Below the pieces are notes generated by a model. The model ran no database searches. It had not been told where the DNA came from and worked only from the letters and a program-made list of their open reading frames with translations. Shown here in pieces: positions 19,172 to 29,165 of a stretch of DNA of 64,000 bases; within the stretch, counting starts at the first letter, position 1, and every line of letters begins with the position of its first letter. A program made the translations under genes and the position numbers. Source of the DNA: Chloroflexota bacterium (GTDB taxonomy: Bacteria; Chloroflexota; UBA6077; FW602-bin22; CADDYW01); assembly GCA_021324795.1 (NCBI GenBank), contig JAJPIK010000084.1, forward strand, positions 15,892-79,891. The letters run 5' to 3'.

Positions 19172-22100
19172 ATGATGAGCGGGGATAGGCTGGGGCCAGA
19201 GGGACAGAGTAATTCGATAAATCCGACGTTCGAGGAAGTGAATAGTCGGGTCGCGTTTCCGGCGTTGGAAGGCGCGATTGAGCAGTGGTGGAATGACCAC
19301 GACATCGTACAGAAGGCGTTACAGAGCGGCGATCCGGCGCGGCCGTTCGTCTTTTTCGAGGGGCCACCGACCGCGAATAACCGGCCGGGCATTCACCACG
19401 TCGAGGCGCGTGCAACCAAGGACGTTATCGTGCGCTTTCAGCGGATGCGTGGCCACCGGATCATCGGCGCCCGAGCTGGCTGGGATACCCACGGCTTACC
19501 GGTCGAAATCGCCATTGAGCAGCAGCTTGGCTTCTCCGGTAAGCCAGACATCGAGCGGTACGGCATCGCCAAGTTCAACGAGGCGTGCCGAGCTAGCGTC
19601 GACCGTTACATCGGCGATTGGGAGCGGCTCACGGGCCGCATGGCCTACTGGATTGATCTGAGCAATCCCTACGTCACCTACCGCAACGATTACATCGAGT
19701 CGCTCTGGTGGATTCTCAAGACGCTCTGGGAACGCGGTCTGCTGTTCCGGGATTACAAAGTCACCATGCACTGTCCGCGCTGCGGGACGTCGCTCTCCGA
19801 CCATGAGGTTTCGCTTGGCTTCCAGGATGACGTCGAGGATCCGTCGACCTGGCTGCGCTTCCGCCATCGCCCGAGTGGTCACCCGCTCGATGCTCGCTTG
19901 GCCAACGCCTCGTTCCTCGCCTGGACGACAACCCCATGGACACTGCCGGCCAACGTGGCGCTGGCGGTGAATCCCGACGCCCCCTACGTCCTCGTAGAGA
20001 ATACGAACGACTCGACCAGCGAGCGGCTGGTCCTAGCCGAGGCGCTGGCGACGGCGGTACTGGGTGAGGGCAATTATAGTATCCTGGCAACGTTTGTTGG
20101 ACGTGACCTCACCGGACTGCGGTACGAGAACTTGTTCACCGGCGTGCCCGCCCCGGGCGATACCGTCGATCTGAGCACCGCCTACCGGGTGATCGCTGAC
20201 GAGTTCGTTTCGCTCAGCGACGGCACCGGTATCGTTCACATCGCCCCGGCCTACGGCGATCTCGAGATTGGTCGAAAGTATGGCTTGCCGACCCTTTTTT
20301 CGGTCGACCTTTCCGGGAACATTCTGCCGGAGTTCGATACGCTGGGTTTCGGCGGTGAGTTCTTCAAGAAGGCCGATCCGAAGATCATCGAGAATCTGGA
20401 CGAACGCGGCCTCCTGTTCCGGGCCGGGCGGGTTCACCACGCCTACCCGTTCTGCTGGCGCTGCTCGACGCCACTCCTTTTCTACGCCAAGCCCTCCTGG
20501 TACATTCGGACGACGGCGAAGAAGACGGAATTAGTCGCGAATAACCAGCAGATCCACTGGGTGCCTGAGCACATCAAAGAAGGCCGCTTCGGCAACTGGT
20601 TGGAAAATAATGTCGACTGGGCACTCAGCCGCGAGCGCTACTGGGGTACGCCGCTGCCAATCTGGGTCTGCGACCGCTGCGGCGAGACGACGGTCATCGG
20701 CTCGGTCAAAGAGCTTTCCGAGAAGGCCGGTCGGGATCTCACGCAGCTCGACCTGCACCGTCCCTACGTCGACGAGGTCACCTGGCTCTGTCCGAGCTGT
20801 GGCGGCACGATGCGCCGGGTGCCGGACGTGGCCGATGCCTGGTTCGATTCCGGCTCAATGCCGGTCGCCCAGTGGCACTACCCATTCGAGAATCAGGAGC
20901 TTTTCTCGATCGCCGGCCAGGCCGACTTTATCTCCGAGGCGATCGACCAGACTCGCGGCTGGTTCTATACCCTGCACGCGGTGGCAACGCTGCTCTTCGA
21001 TCGGCCTGCCTTCCGCAATGTGATCTGCCTCGGGCACATTCTCGATGCGAACGGCTTCAAGATGTCGAAGTCACGTGGCAACGTCGTTGATCCCTGGGAT
21101 CTGATGGAAAGCTATGGCGCCGATGCGACCCGCTGGTACATGTACGCCTCGGCGCCGCCCTACAACCCGCGGCGATTCACCACGGAACAGGTCGGCGACA
21201 TTCTGCGCGAGTTCACCCTGACGCTCTGGAATACTTACGCGTTCTTCGTCACCTACGCCAACCTTGACGGCTGGACGCCGAGCGCGCACTCAGACGCGGC
21301 CACTAGCCCGTGTCTCCAGCCAATCGACCGCTGGGCCCTCGCTCGACTCCACGTCTTGGTGCGCGACGTGACGGCAATGCTCGAGGACTACGACGTTCAC
21401 GGGCCAGCTCGGGAGATTGAGCGCTTCGTCGAAGAGCTCTCGAACTGGTACGTTCGGCGAAATCGACGCCGCTTTTGGAAAACCGAGGACGATGCCGACA
21501 AGCACGCGGCCTACCACACCTTGTACACCTGTCTGACAACCTTAGCTCGTCTGCTGGCGCCGTTTGCGCCCTACCTGAGCGAGGTGATCTACCGCAATCT
21601 GGTCAGTCGGGTCAATCCCAATGTGCCGGAGAGCGTCCACCTGGCATCTTGGCCGGAGGCCGACCTTGCTCAGATCGACGAGGATCTACTGGCGAATACC
21701 GCCCAACTGCAGTCGGTGATCGCCCTCGGCCGCTCGGCCCGGCGGAGTGCTGGCCTCCGGGTCCGCCAGCCGCTCAGCGAACTGCTGGTTCGGGTCCAGC
21801 GCGTCGAAGGGCTGAAGCTGCTCGAAGACGAGCTCCGCGACGAGCTGAACGTCAAATCAGTTCGTTATCTCGATGTCGGCGATACCCTGGTCGCCTATCG
21901 GATCAAGCCGAACCTACCGGTCGTCGGTCGGAAGTACGGAAAGCTCGTCCCAGCTCTCCGCAAGACGCTGGAATCGCTTTCGCCCGAACGGGCCCGCGAT
22001 CTGGCTCGGCGTGTCGAGGAGGGGAACCCCTACCCGCTAACCGTCGACGGTCAGCCGATCGAGATCGTGCCGAACGAGGTGCTCGTCGAGGCGACCTCGC

Positions 22101-22447
22101 CCCCCGGTTACGCTGTCGCCGAGGAGGAAGGACTGCTGGTCGCACTGAACACGACCTTGACGCCCGAACTGCGCCTGGAAGGCCAGGCCCGTGATCTCGT
22201 CCGCTCGATCCAGGATGCACGCAAGGAAGCAAATTTCGCGATCTCCGATCGGATCGAGGTGACCCTCCAGCCCAAGGGCGACTTCGATCCCTCCCCCTTG
22301 CTCGACACCTTTGGCGGCTATGTCAAATCCGAGACACTGGCCAACACCTTACGGGTCGGCCCGCCGGCACCGGATATGCACACGGTCGAGGTCGAGCTCG
22401 ACGGCGGCTCGGTCGTGATCGGGGTCAAGAGCACGGGAAATCTGTAA
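19172..22447 (+). CDS. ileS: Isoleucine--tRNA ligase
   Basis: HIGH-type motif PGIHHVEARA, KMSKS (FKMSKSRGN), and the Zn-type Cys pairs CPRCGT, CWRC, CDRCG and CPSCGG. AGGAGG lies 3 nt upstream of the ATG. Confidence 0.95.
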   Translation: MMSGDRLGPEGQSNSINPTFEEVNSRVAFPALEGAIEQWWNDHDIVQKALQSGDPARPFVFFEGPPTANNRPGIHHVEARATKDVIVRFQRMRGHRIIGARAGWDTHGLPVEIAIEQQLGFSGKPDIERYGIAKFNEACRASVDRYIGDWERLTGRMAYWIDLSNPYVTYRNDYIESLWWILKTLWERGLLFRDYKVTMHCPRCGTSLSDHEVSLGFQDDVEDPSTWLRFRHRPSGHPLDARLANASFLAWTTTPWTLPANVALAVNPDAPYVLVENTNDSTSERLVLAEALATAVLGEGNYSILATFVGRDLTGLRYENLFTGVPAPGDTVDLSTAYRVIADEFVSLSDGTGIVHIAPAYGDLEIGRKYGLPTLFSVDLSGNILPEFDTLGFGGEFFKKADPKIIENLDERGLLFRAGRVHHAYPFCWRCSTPLLFYAKPSWYIRTTAKKTELVANNQQIHWVPEHIKEGRFGNWLENNVDWALSRERYWGTPLPIWVCDRCGETTVIGSVKELSEKAGRDLTQLDLHRPYVDEVTWLCPSCGGTMRRVPDVADAWFDSGSMPVAQWHYPFENQELFSIAGQADFISEAIDQTRGWFYTLHAVATLLFDRPAFRNVICLGHILDANGFKMSKSRGNVVDPWDLMESYGADATRWYMYASAPPYNPRRFTTEQVGDILREFTLTLWNTYAFFVTYANLDGWTPSAHSDAATSPCLQPIDRWALARLHVLVRDVTAMLEDYDVHGPAREIERFVEELSNWYVRRNRRRFWKTEDDADKHAAYHTLYTCLTTLARLLAPFAPYLSEVIYRNLVSRVNPNVPESVHLASWPEADLAQIDEDLLANTAQLQSVIALGRSARRSAGLRVRQPLSELLVRVQRVEGLKLLEDELRDELNVKSVRYLDVGDTLVAYRIKPNLPVVGRKYGKLVPALRKTLESLSPERARDLARRVEEGNPYPLTVDGQPIEIVPNEVLVEATSPPGYAVAEEEGLLVALNTTLTPELRLEGQARDLVRSIQDARKEANFAISDRIEVTLQPKGDFDPSPLLDTFGGYVKSETLANTLRVGPPAPDMHTVEVELDGGSVVIGVKSTGNL

Positions 22448-22451
22448 ATAG

Positions 22452-22491
22452 TCAACCGCAGAGGCGAGGTGCATCTCGCTCTGACGGTTGA
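22452..22491. terminator. Imperfect ~16-bp hairpin after ileS
   Basis: TCAACCGCAGAGGCGAG, loop GTGCAT, then CTCGCTCTGACGGTTGA, with two bulges and no U-tract. Confidence 0.35.
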
Positions 22492-22503
22492 TCGATTCCT
22501 CTC

Positions 22504-22959
22504 TCACCAGACCACATGGAGCATCCCCAGCATGGCGCCCAGATCCTGGGCACGGCTCGGCAGATTCGGATCAGTCAGATTGAGGCTGGTGACCAGGCTA
22601 AAGGCGACAGCTTTGGCCGCGTCGATCGCACTGCCACCGCCCAGTGAAAGCAGCAGGTCGGACCGGGCTTCCCGCGCCGCGGCGGTCGCTGCGACGACGT
22701 CCCGAGCCGGGGTATGCTGCCGAACCTTTAAGTAGATTCCCACCAGGTGATTTCCAAGCAGGCGCCGGAGCGGTCCAAGCAGGTTAGGATTGCCAGCTAT
22801 CCTCCGCGTGGTCACCAGGAAGACGCGGCGGCCGTCGAGCTGATCAATTCCGTCGGTCAGTCGCTCGGCCACGCAGCCAGCGCTCCAATGAATGAGGCCA
22901 GGATTCGCGTAGGTGAAGGATCCGCGGTTGATGAGTGGCAAGACTTGGCGATCGCTCAC
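22504..22959 (-). pseudogene. Truncated iron-containing alcohol dehydrogenase / maleylacetate reductase-like gene (N-terminal ~150 aa only)
   Basis: Has the family N-terminus and GGGSAIDAAKAVA, but stops before the PTTAGTGSE-type and metal-ligand regions. Full-length relatives are about 350 aa. Confidence 0.7.
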
Positions 22960-23050
22960 CTTCGCTCTCCTTTGATCTCAAGTGGTGGGCAAGGTACAAT
23001 CAAACGCCTTGATGCGTTATTTTTGAGCGGCTCTGTAATGAGTGTAACCG

Positions 23051-23827
23051 ATGACTGCATTGCTTTCGACCTACCTCTTGCTCTTCGTCGCTGCCTTTCT
23101 GGGCGGCGTCTTGAACTCGGTCGCCGGCGGCGGCAGCTTCCTTTCCTTTCCCGCGCTGATCGTCTCGGGCGTTCCGCCGATCAACGCCAACGCGACGAGC
23201 ACGGTGGCATTGTGGCCCGGCTCGGCTGCCAGCGTCGGCGCCTATCGCCGTGAGCTCGTCTGTCTGAATCGCGCACTGATCATCATCATGGCCATGGTGA
23301 GCCTCCTCGGCGGTCTCCTTGGCGCTCTCCTCTTACTGCATACGCCCCCGGCAACCTTTGCTCGGATGATCCCCTACCTATTGCTCGTGGCAACGCTCCT
23401 CTTTGCATTCGGGCCATCGGTCACGCGCTATTTTCGAGTCCACCACGCGGAAAGCGGCGAGCATTCTTCGACCACTCGTGCGTTAGTAGCATTCCTGCAA
23501 CTCGTCATCGCCCTCTACGGCGGTTTCTTCGGCGGCGGTATCGGCATTCTCATGCTGGCGACGCTGGGCTTCATCGGCATGGAAAACATCCACCAGATGA
23601 ATGCGCTGAAAACCGTGCTCGCCACTTGCATCAACGGCATCGCGGTCGCCACCTTCGTCGCTGCGGGCGCGGTCTTCTGGCCCCAGGCTATCGTCATGAT
23701 CGTCGGCGCGATCATCGGTGGCTATGGCGGAGCATTTTACGCGCGCAAGCTCGATCCGAAAGTAGTCCGTACCTTCGTCATCTGTGTCGGCGTAGCGATG
23801 ACGGTTTACTTCTTCATACGAAGATAA
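23051..23827 (+). CDS. TauE/SafE (TSUP, DUF81) family anion-export permease
   Basis: About 8 TM segments, with the internal duplication typical of the family (GGVLNSVAGGGSF and GGFFGGGIGIL). Confidence 0.8.
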   Translation: MTALLSTYLLLFVAAFLGGVLNSVAGGGSFLSFPALIVSGVPPINANATSTVALWPGSAASVGAYRRELVCLNRALIIIMAMVSLLGGLLGALLLLHTPPATFARMIPYLLLVATLLFAFGPSVTRYFRVHHAESGEHSSTTRALVAFLQLVIALYGGFFGGGIGILMLATLGFIGMENIHQMNALKTVLATCINGIAVATFVAAGAVFWPQAIVMIVGAIIGGYGGAFYARKLDPKVVRTFVICVGVAMTVYFFIRR

Positions 23828-23874
23828 AAACTCGATGGCTAGACCAAGCGAGAGAAGTGCGATAGGATATCGAC

Positions 23875-24078
23875 GTGCAGTCACAAGAACTGGCGTGTCT
23901 CGCCGATCAACTACTCGAAGTTTCCCGCATCGGAGCCGGGAAGCCGCGTTTGGAATACGCGACGGTCGACGTCGGCCAGCTCGTCGCCAACGTGGTGACA
24001 ACGACCCGGACGCGTATCCCTCATCGGAACGTGCCCTTGGACCGGGGCAGATCGTCGCGCGTCACCGGGGAATCTTGA
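23875..24078 (+). pseudogene. Histidine-kinase fragment (post-H-box dimerisation region only)
   Basis: LADQLLEVSRIGAGKPRLEYATVDVGQLVANVV matches the LLdLSRiEaGkl.l....vdl..lv motif. No H-box, N/G boxes or sensor domain are present on either side. Confidence 0.55.
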
Positions 24079-24342
24079 CGGCGGAATTTCTCGTCGAGGG
24101 CGGAAGTCGAATGGTAGACCGACTCCCGGTATACCCAGATGCGATCCGGCCGATGTGACCAACGGGTGAATTTCAGGCGATATCTAACCCGTGGCAGACT
24201 TTTTTTCAGGTGCTGTTCGGTAAGAAACAGGGAAACTCAGGTCACTGATAAAGCAGGGTTGATCGGTGCCAGGCATGCCCTTTCAAACCGAGAAAACCCA
24301 AACCGCGCGCCCTGAACAGATCGGCTTGATGGGAGGTTCGCA

Positions 24343-24597
24343 ATGTCTGTCCAGTACCAGTCCGTGCCACGACCAGTCGGCGCCTGTCAGTGGAGCCAGT
24401 TTTTCCTCGATCGCCTCGATCGATTGACCCGACTTACCCCCGAATTCCGTGCCCGCTTCAACGCCGAGCAACTTCTCCGGCACGCGATCTATTCGACCTA
24501 CCTGGACTGTCGCGAATGCGAAGCCGTCGAGCCAGCGCAAACGATACTCGACCGGGTGCGTGGCCGTGCCCTTAGCACACCCGGCCCGATCACCTGA
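24343..24597 (+). CDS. Hypothetical 84-aa protein
   Basis: Third-position GC favours this frame over the antisense ORF 24283..24975, which shares the same triplet register. No family recognised. Confidence 0.3.
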   Translation: MSVQYQSVPRPVGACQWSQFFLDRLDRLTRLTPEFRARFNAEQLLRHAIYSTYLDCRECEAVEPAQTILDRVRGRALSTPGPIT

Positions 24598-24607
24598 CGA
24601 CTTCGCC

Positions 24608-24979
24608 CTACCTGGCGTAACCGACCGAGCTATCGGCGCGCAAGGGAGTCGAGCAGGTAATCGCGACGACCGGTTCGGCCGTGGCGATTCGGGAGTCGTC
24701 GAGCCGAATCCCAAGCCCGGGGGCCTCCGGCACCGGCAGATAGCCGCCTTGGCATTGTAATCGGCCAATGAAGGGAGCAGCCGCCGGCCCTTCGTCGACT
24801 CTGGAATATTCCCGGACAACAAAGTTCGGAATCGGTGCCTGCAAACGTTGCCCTTTGATGTCCCAGAGCGCAATGTCGACCGCGCTGACCGTCCCACTGA
24901 GTACTGACCCGCGAAACGGAGCAAACCGATACAAGCGCTGCCAGTGGTGCTCGATCCGCAGCGGATCCTCGCCAATCAA
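24608..24979 (-). pseudogene. Enolase-superfamily (mannonate/galactonate dehydratase-like) remnant with a large internal deletion
   Basis: The N-domain piece IGEDPLRIEHHWQRLYR...AVDIALWDIKG is joined directly to the C-terminal piece GGYLPVPEAPGLGIRLDD...LRADSSV. The barrel core with its metal ligands, and the first ~60 aa, are missing. Confidence 0.65.
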
Positions 24980-25005
24980 GAGTGGCCGGATCCCCGGAGA
25001 GATGG

Positions 25006-26049
25006 CTAGGAGATGGGAGACCCCTCTCCGTCACGGTCTGCAAACACCTCTGATACGTCCGACGAGCCCAGAATCGGGCTATCTCGATACAAAAGACAGG
25101 CGACCGCGCGATCGGGATCCGGAAGGTGCAGTGGGGGCCGATTCTTCCGACAGATCTCCAGGACCGACGGACAGCGAGAAGCAAACTTACAACCTTCCGC
25201 AACGGTTGGCCCGGCCGTGTCGACGTTCAGCTTGACGTTGCTTCCCCATCGGCGTGACCGATCGGGAAGGGGAATCGAAGAGATGAGCAACTGCGTATAG
25301 GGGTGCTTAGGGGATCGGATGACCCTTTCGACTGAGCCAGCCTCGGCGATCGAGCCCCGGTAGAGGACGATGATGTTCTCACTGATCTGGTAAGCCGTGG
25401 TCAGATCGTGAGTAATGTAAATAATCGAAATGCCAAACTCGCGATTCAACGTGCTCAGGCTGGCCAGGATCGTCGCCCGGAGCGAAGCATCCACCATCGA
25501 CACGGGCTCGTCGGCCAGAATGATCCGTGGGTGACACAGCAAGGCGCGGGCAACCATAATCCGCTGGCGCTGACCGCCACTCAACTGGTGCGGATATCGA
25601 CCGAGCGTCTCGGACGGACGCAGACCAACTTTCTCGAGGGCCTCTTCGATCAAACGTCGCGCCGCGTCGGGTGAGGACGCGAGGCTAAACCGTTTGACCG
25701 GCATCGTCAGCACGTGATCGATCCGGTAAAATGGATTGAACGCGGCGTAGGGATCCTGGAAGATCGGCTGAACCTCGCGCCGAAACTGAAGGCGTTCTTG
25801 GCGTTCCATCGTGGCGAGGTTCTTCCCGCGATAGAATACCTGCCCATGGGTCGGCTGAATCTGTCCCATTAGCAGCAGCGCCAGTGTTGTCTTGCCGCTG
25901 CCGCTTTCACCGGCAATCGCCGTGATGGATGGACGATCTTCTGAGACTGTGAAGGAGATGTTGTCGAGCGCGACCGTAGTGACCTTCCGCCGGATAAAGC
26001 CACTGCCATAGCTCTTCGTGACCTTGCGGAGCTCCAAGAGTGCGGTCAT
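25006..26049 (-). CDS. Dpp/Opp-type ABC transporter ATP-binding protein (OppF-like)
   Basis: GESGSGKTT, LSGGQRQR, ILADEP and the C-terminal oligopeptide-type motif KHPYTQ. Confidence 0.88.
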   Translation of the reverse strand: MTALLELRKVTKSYGSGFIRRKVTTVALDNISFTVSEDRPSITAIAGESGSGKTTLALLLMGQIQPTHGQVFYRGKNLATMERQERLQFRREVQPIFQDPYAAFNPFYRIDHVLTMPVKRFSLASSPDAARRLIEEALEKVGLRPSETLGRYPHQLSGGQRQRIMVARALLCHPRIILADEPVSMVDASLRATILASLSTLNREFGISIIYITHDLTTAYQISENIIVLYRGSIAEAGSVERVIRSPKHPYTQLLISSIPLPDRSRRWGSNVKLNVDTAGPTVAEGCKFASRCPSVLEICRKNRPPLHLPDPDRAVACLLYRDSPILGSSDVSEVFADRDGEGSPIS

Positions 26050-27137
26050 GACTCGCTCTCCATTCTAATCTCACGGCCACTATTGGATGGCGGCGCCGCG
26101 ACTGATGGGCGACCGGGGAGTAGGGGCAATGTCTGATGCCCTGGATAAAGATGGCAGGCTACGCGGTGACCGAGCCGAATCTCCTGAAAAGTCGGCGTTT
26201 CGATCGTGCAGCGGTCGAAGGCGTATGGGCAGCGAGCCGCAAAGGGACAACCTGGCGGCAGATTGACCAGCGAGGGGGGGAGACCAGGAATACCGCGCAG
26301 CTCGCGTTTGCCTTCCAAATTGGGAAGGCTGTCGATCAGTAAGCGGGTGTAAGGGTGCAAAGGCTCGTCGAGTAAGTCGTCAACCCTCCCGAGCTCGACC
26401 AGTCTCCCCGCGTACATCACGCCAATCAGGTCGGCGAACTGGGCAACTAACCCCATGTCGTGGCCAATCAAGATTACTGCCGCCCCGAGGCCTTCCTGAA
26501 GCTGGCCCAGCGTTGCGATAACCTGCTCCTGAACAACGACGTCGAGCGCGCTGGTTGGCTCGTCAGCGACGATGAGTTCCGGGTTGAGCACGCAGGCGAT
26601 CGCCATGACCACGCGCTGCTTCTGGCCACCGCTGAGCTGATGGGGAAACCGGTCGGCGATGGCTGATGGCAAACCAACCCTGGCGATGGCCTTATCGACG
26701 CGTTCCTGAAGCTCCTGGCGAGATAAACGTCCCTCGTGCGCGACGATGGCGTCGACGAACTGGGCCCGAATCCGCATCACCGGATTGAGCGAGTTCATGG
26801 CCCCCTGGGGGATAAGCGCGACCTCCTTCAAGCGGATCGCCCGCAGTTCGGGAACGCTCATGCTCGTGACGTCGCGACCGTTGATGACGATCCGGCCCCC
26901 GACGATCCGTCCCGGCGGGCGAAGCAGCCGCAGCAGTGCCATACCCATCGTCGTCTTTCCTGATCCGGACTCGCCAATCAGTCCCAACCGCTGGCCGGCT
27001 TTGAGACTGAAGGAAACCCCGTCGACTGCTTTGGCTGGCCCGGCCGGCGTGTCGTAAACCACCCGAAGGTCCTCGACCTGGAGAACGTCAACCACTCCGT
27101 TCGAATGTGCGCCCGAAGTCTGCTTGAGATCTGTCAC
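26046..27137 (-). CDS. Dpp/Opp-type ABC transporter ATP-binding protein (OppD-like)
   Basis: GESGSGKTT, LSGGQKQR, IVADEPTSALD and LHPYTR. The GTG at 27137 overlaps the upstream stop as GTGA; the track ORF extends to 27245. Confidence 0.88.
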   Translation of the reverse strand: MTDLKQTSGAHSNGVVDVLQVEDLRVVYDTPAGPAKAVDGVSFSLKAGQRLGLIGESGSGKTTMGMALLRLLRPPGRIVGGRIVINGRDVTSMSVPELRAIRLKEVALIPQGAMNSLNPVMRIRAQFVDAIVAHEGRLSRQELQERVDKAIARVGLPSAIADRFPHQLSGGQKQRVVMAIACVLNPELIVADEPTSALDVVVQEQVIATLGQLQEGLGAAVILIGHDMGLVAQFADLIGVMYAGRLVELGRVDDLLDEPLHPYTRLLIDSLPNLEGKRELRGIPGLPPSLVNLPPGCPFAARCPYAFDRCTIETPTFQEIRLGHRVACHLYPGHQTLPLLPGRPSVAAPPSNSGREIRMESES

Positions 27138-28009
27138 GTCTGCTGCCTCAACCGTGGATTGGCGACTCTGTCGAGGCCGGCCGACAGGAAGAAAAGGCCG
27201 ACGAAGATGAACGAGATCATCGCGATGGGCGGCCCCCACCACCAATACTGGCCGCGCAAGACTGCGCTAAACTTTTCAGCCCAATAGATCGTCGTGCCCA
27301 ACGTATGGACATCATTGGGTCCGAGTCCAAGGGCTTCGAGGCCGATCGAGGCGAGCATCGCACCGCTTACCGCTCCGACAAAGCTTGCCGCGAGAAATGG
27401 GACCAGGTTCGGCATAATCTCACGGAAGACGATCTCGAGCTCGCTCTCGCCATTTGCTCGCGCGATCTCGATATACGGCTGCTCGCGAATCGACAGAACT
27501 TGCGAGCGGATGGAACGGGTAGGTTGCATCCAAGCCAGGGCGGCGACAGTTAGCCCCATCATCTCCACGGTCATATGCCCGACGTTAGAAGCGATCACGA
27601 CGAGAATCGCGATATTTGGAACCGTCATCAGCGAATCGGAAAGAACGCGAATAATCGAGTCGGGAACACCACCGAAAAATCCGGAAACCAAGCCGAGCAC
27701 AAGGCCAACACACAGGCCAGTCAGACCGGCAATCAGTCCAATCTTTAGGGTCTGAGGTGTGCCGAGGACCATGATTGTCAACATGTCACGCCCCTGGGAA
27801 TCCGTTCCCAGGGGATAATCGGCGGACGGAGGCTGGGAGGGCAGCACACTCGCAACCGTGGCGTTCGCTGGGTTGACTAGAAGTGGTCCCACCAGGCTAA
27901 AAATGATCACGATCGCGAGGATAATGATGCCGATGATGAGGCTAGCACTCCACCGGGGACTTAGCAGGATGCGCCGAATCGCCTCACCGATGCTGTTGTT
28001 TGCACTCAT
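27134..28009 (-). CDS. Dpp/Opp-type ABC permease (OppC-like)
   Basis: 6-TM BPD_transp_1 layout with EAA-type loop EIARANGESELEIVFREIMPN. Confidence 0.88.
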   Translation of the reverse strand: MSANNSIGEAIRRILLSPRWSASLIIGIIILAIVIIFSLVGPLLVNPANATVASVLPSQPPSADYPLGTDSQGRDMLTIMVLGTPQTLKIGLIAGLTGLCVGLVLGLVSGFFGGVPDSIIRVLSDSLMTVPNIAILVVIASNVGHMTVEMMGLTVAALAWMQPTRSIRSQVLSIREQPYIEIARANGESELEIVFREIMPNLVPFLAASFVGAVSGAMLASIGLEALGLGPNDVHTLGTTIYWAEKFSAVLRGQYWWWGPPIAMISFIFVGLFFLSAGLDRVANPRLRQQT

Positions 28010-29019
28010 CGGTTGTACCTGATCCGTGGGTCAATGAGAGGATAGATCAGGTCGAGGATAAAGAGCGCCAGCGCCAAGGTTAAGATCAACATGAGCACGA
28101 TTCCTTGGATGACAAAGTAATCCTTGCCGGCGATCGCCGCGAAGAGGATCCCTCCCAGGCCCGGGTAGCCAAAAATCGCTTCGACGAGCACGGCGCCAGA
28201 CATGATCGACCCGAGTGCGACTGCCAGGTGAGTGACCTGTGGCAACAGGGCGTTACGCATCCCGTACCAGAAGAAGACCCGCGAGGGAGAAAGTCCCTTG
28301 GCTTCGGCGAAGGTGATGTAATCTTCTCCTAATACCGAAACCGTCATGCCTCGCATCGCCAGCGCCCAAAAGCCGACGCCCCCCAGAACGATCGATAAGG
28401 CGGGGAGGATAGCGTGATCGGCAATGTTCAGAATTGTCTCGGCATTGAAGCGCATGATCAACGTCGGATCAAACCCTCCCCCCGGCGGAAACACTGATAA
28501 GTCCACCGCCAGGAAAGAGACCAGGCAAATCGCGAGGAGAAAGAAAGGAATCGTCGACAGAAGCATGAACGGAGAAATGAAGACGTGGAAAGCACGCGGT
28601 GTGCTGGGCCAGCCCAGCAGGGCACCGATGACAGATCCGAGGCTGAAGGAGATCAAGATCGACAAAGTTAAAAGACCAATCGTCCAAGGTAGAGCATAGT
28701 CGATCTTTTGAATCACCGGCTGCGGGAAATCGACCAAGGAAACGCCGAGATCCAGGTGAAACAGATCGTTCCAATAATTGAGGTATTGAAGCCAGAGCGG
28801 TTTGTCTAGCCCAAACTTTTGGCGGTACAACGCGGCCACCTTCTCGACGTCCGCGTTGGCATTACCGGTCATGGCCATTTGGGTTTGCAGTGCGGCCTCA
28901 ACCGGGTCTCCCGGAATCATGCGCGGAATGAGGAAATTGATCGTCACCGCGATGAAGACGATCAGAAGGAGCTGCGAGAATCGCTTGACGACGTAATCGA
29001 CGGGCATCGAGGTCCCCAT
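28006..29019 (-). CDS. Dpp/Opp-type ABC permease (OppB-like)
   Basis: N-terminus YVVKRFSQLLLIVF and EAA-type loop FAEAKGLSPSRVFFWYGMRNALLP. Overlaps the downstream gene as ATGA. Confidence 0.88.
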   Translation of the reverse strand: MGTSMPVDYVVKRFSQLLLIVFIAVTINFLIPRMIPGDPVEAALQTQMAMTGNANADVEKVAALYRQKFGLDKPLWLQYLNYWNDLFHLDLGVSLVDFPQPVIQKIDYALPWTIGLLTLSILISFSLGSVIGALLGWPSTPRAFHVFISPFMLLSTIPFFLLAICLVSFLAVDLSVFPPGGGFDPTLIMRFNAETILNIADHAILPALSIVLGGVGFWALAMRGMTVSVLGEDYITFAEAKGLSPSRVFFWYGMRNALLPQVTHLAVALGSIMSGAVLVEAIFGYPGLGGILFAAIAGKDYFVIQGIVLMLILTLALALFILDLIYPLIDPRIRYNR

Positions 29020-29165
29020 GGCAAGGCGTTTCAGCGTAGGCGAGTCTAATCAGGAGCCGAGAGCATGTCAATACGCGAAAGATGGGCGAAAGAGTCGGGA
29101 AAGCCTCTTTATGCCCCCCCTGGGAACCACTATAGTGTGACGTACATTCTATAGAAAATGATCCG

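Noticed and set aside
21475-22194. 239-aa alternative-frame ORF inside ileS. Other in-gene ORFs occur at 19278..19661 and 20610..21023.
   Set aside because: These are Arg/Pro/Ala-rich off-frame products of a high-GC gene, and ileS is continuous and complete.
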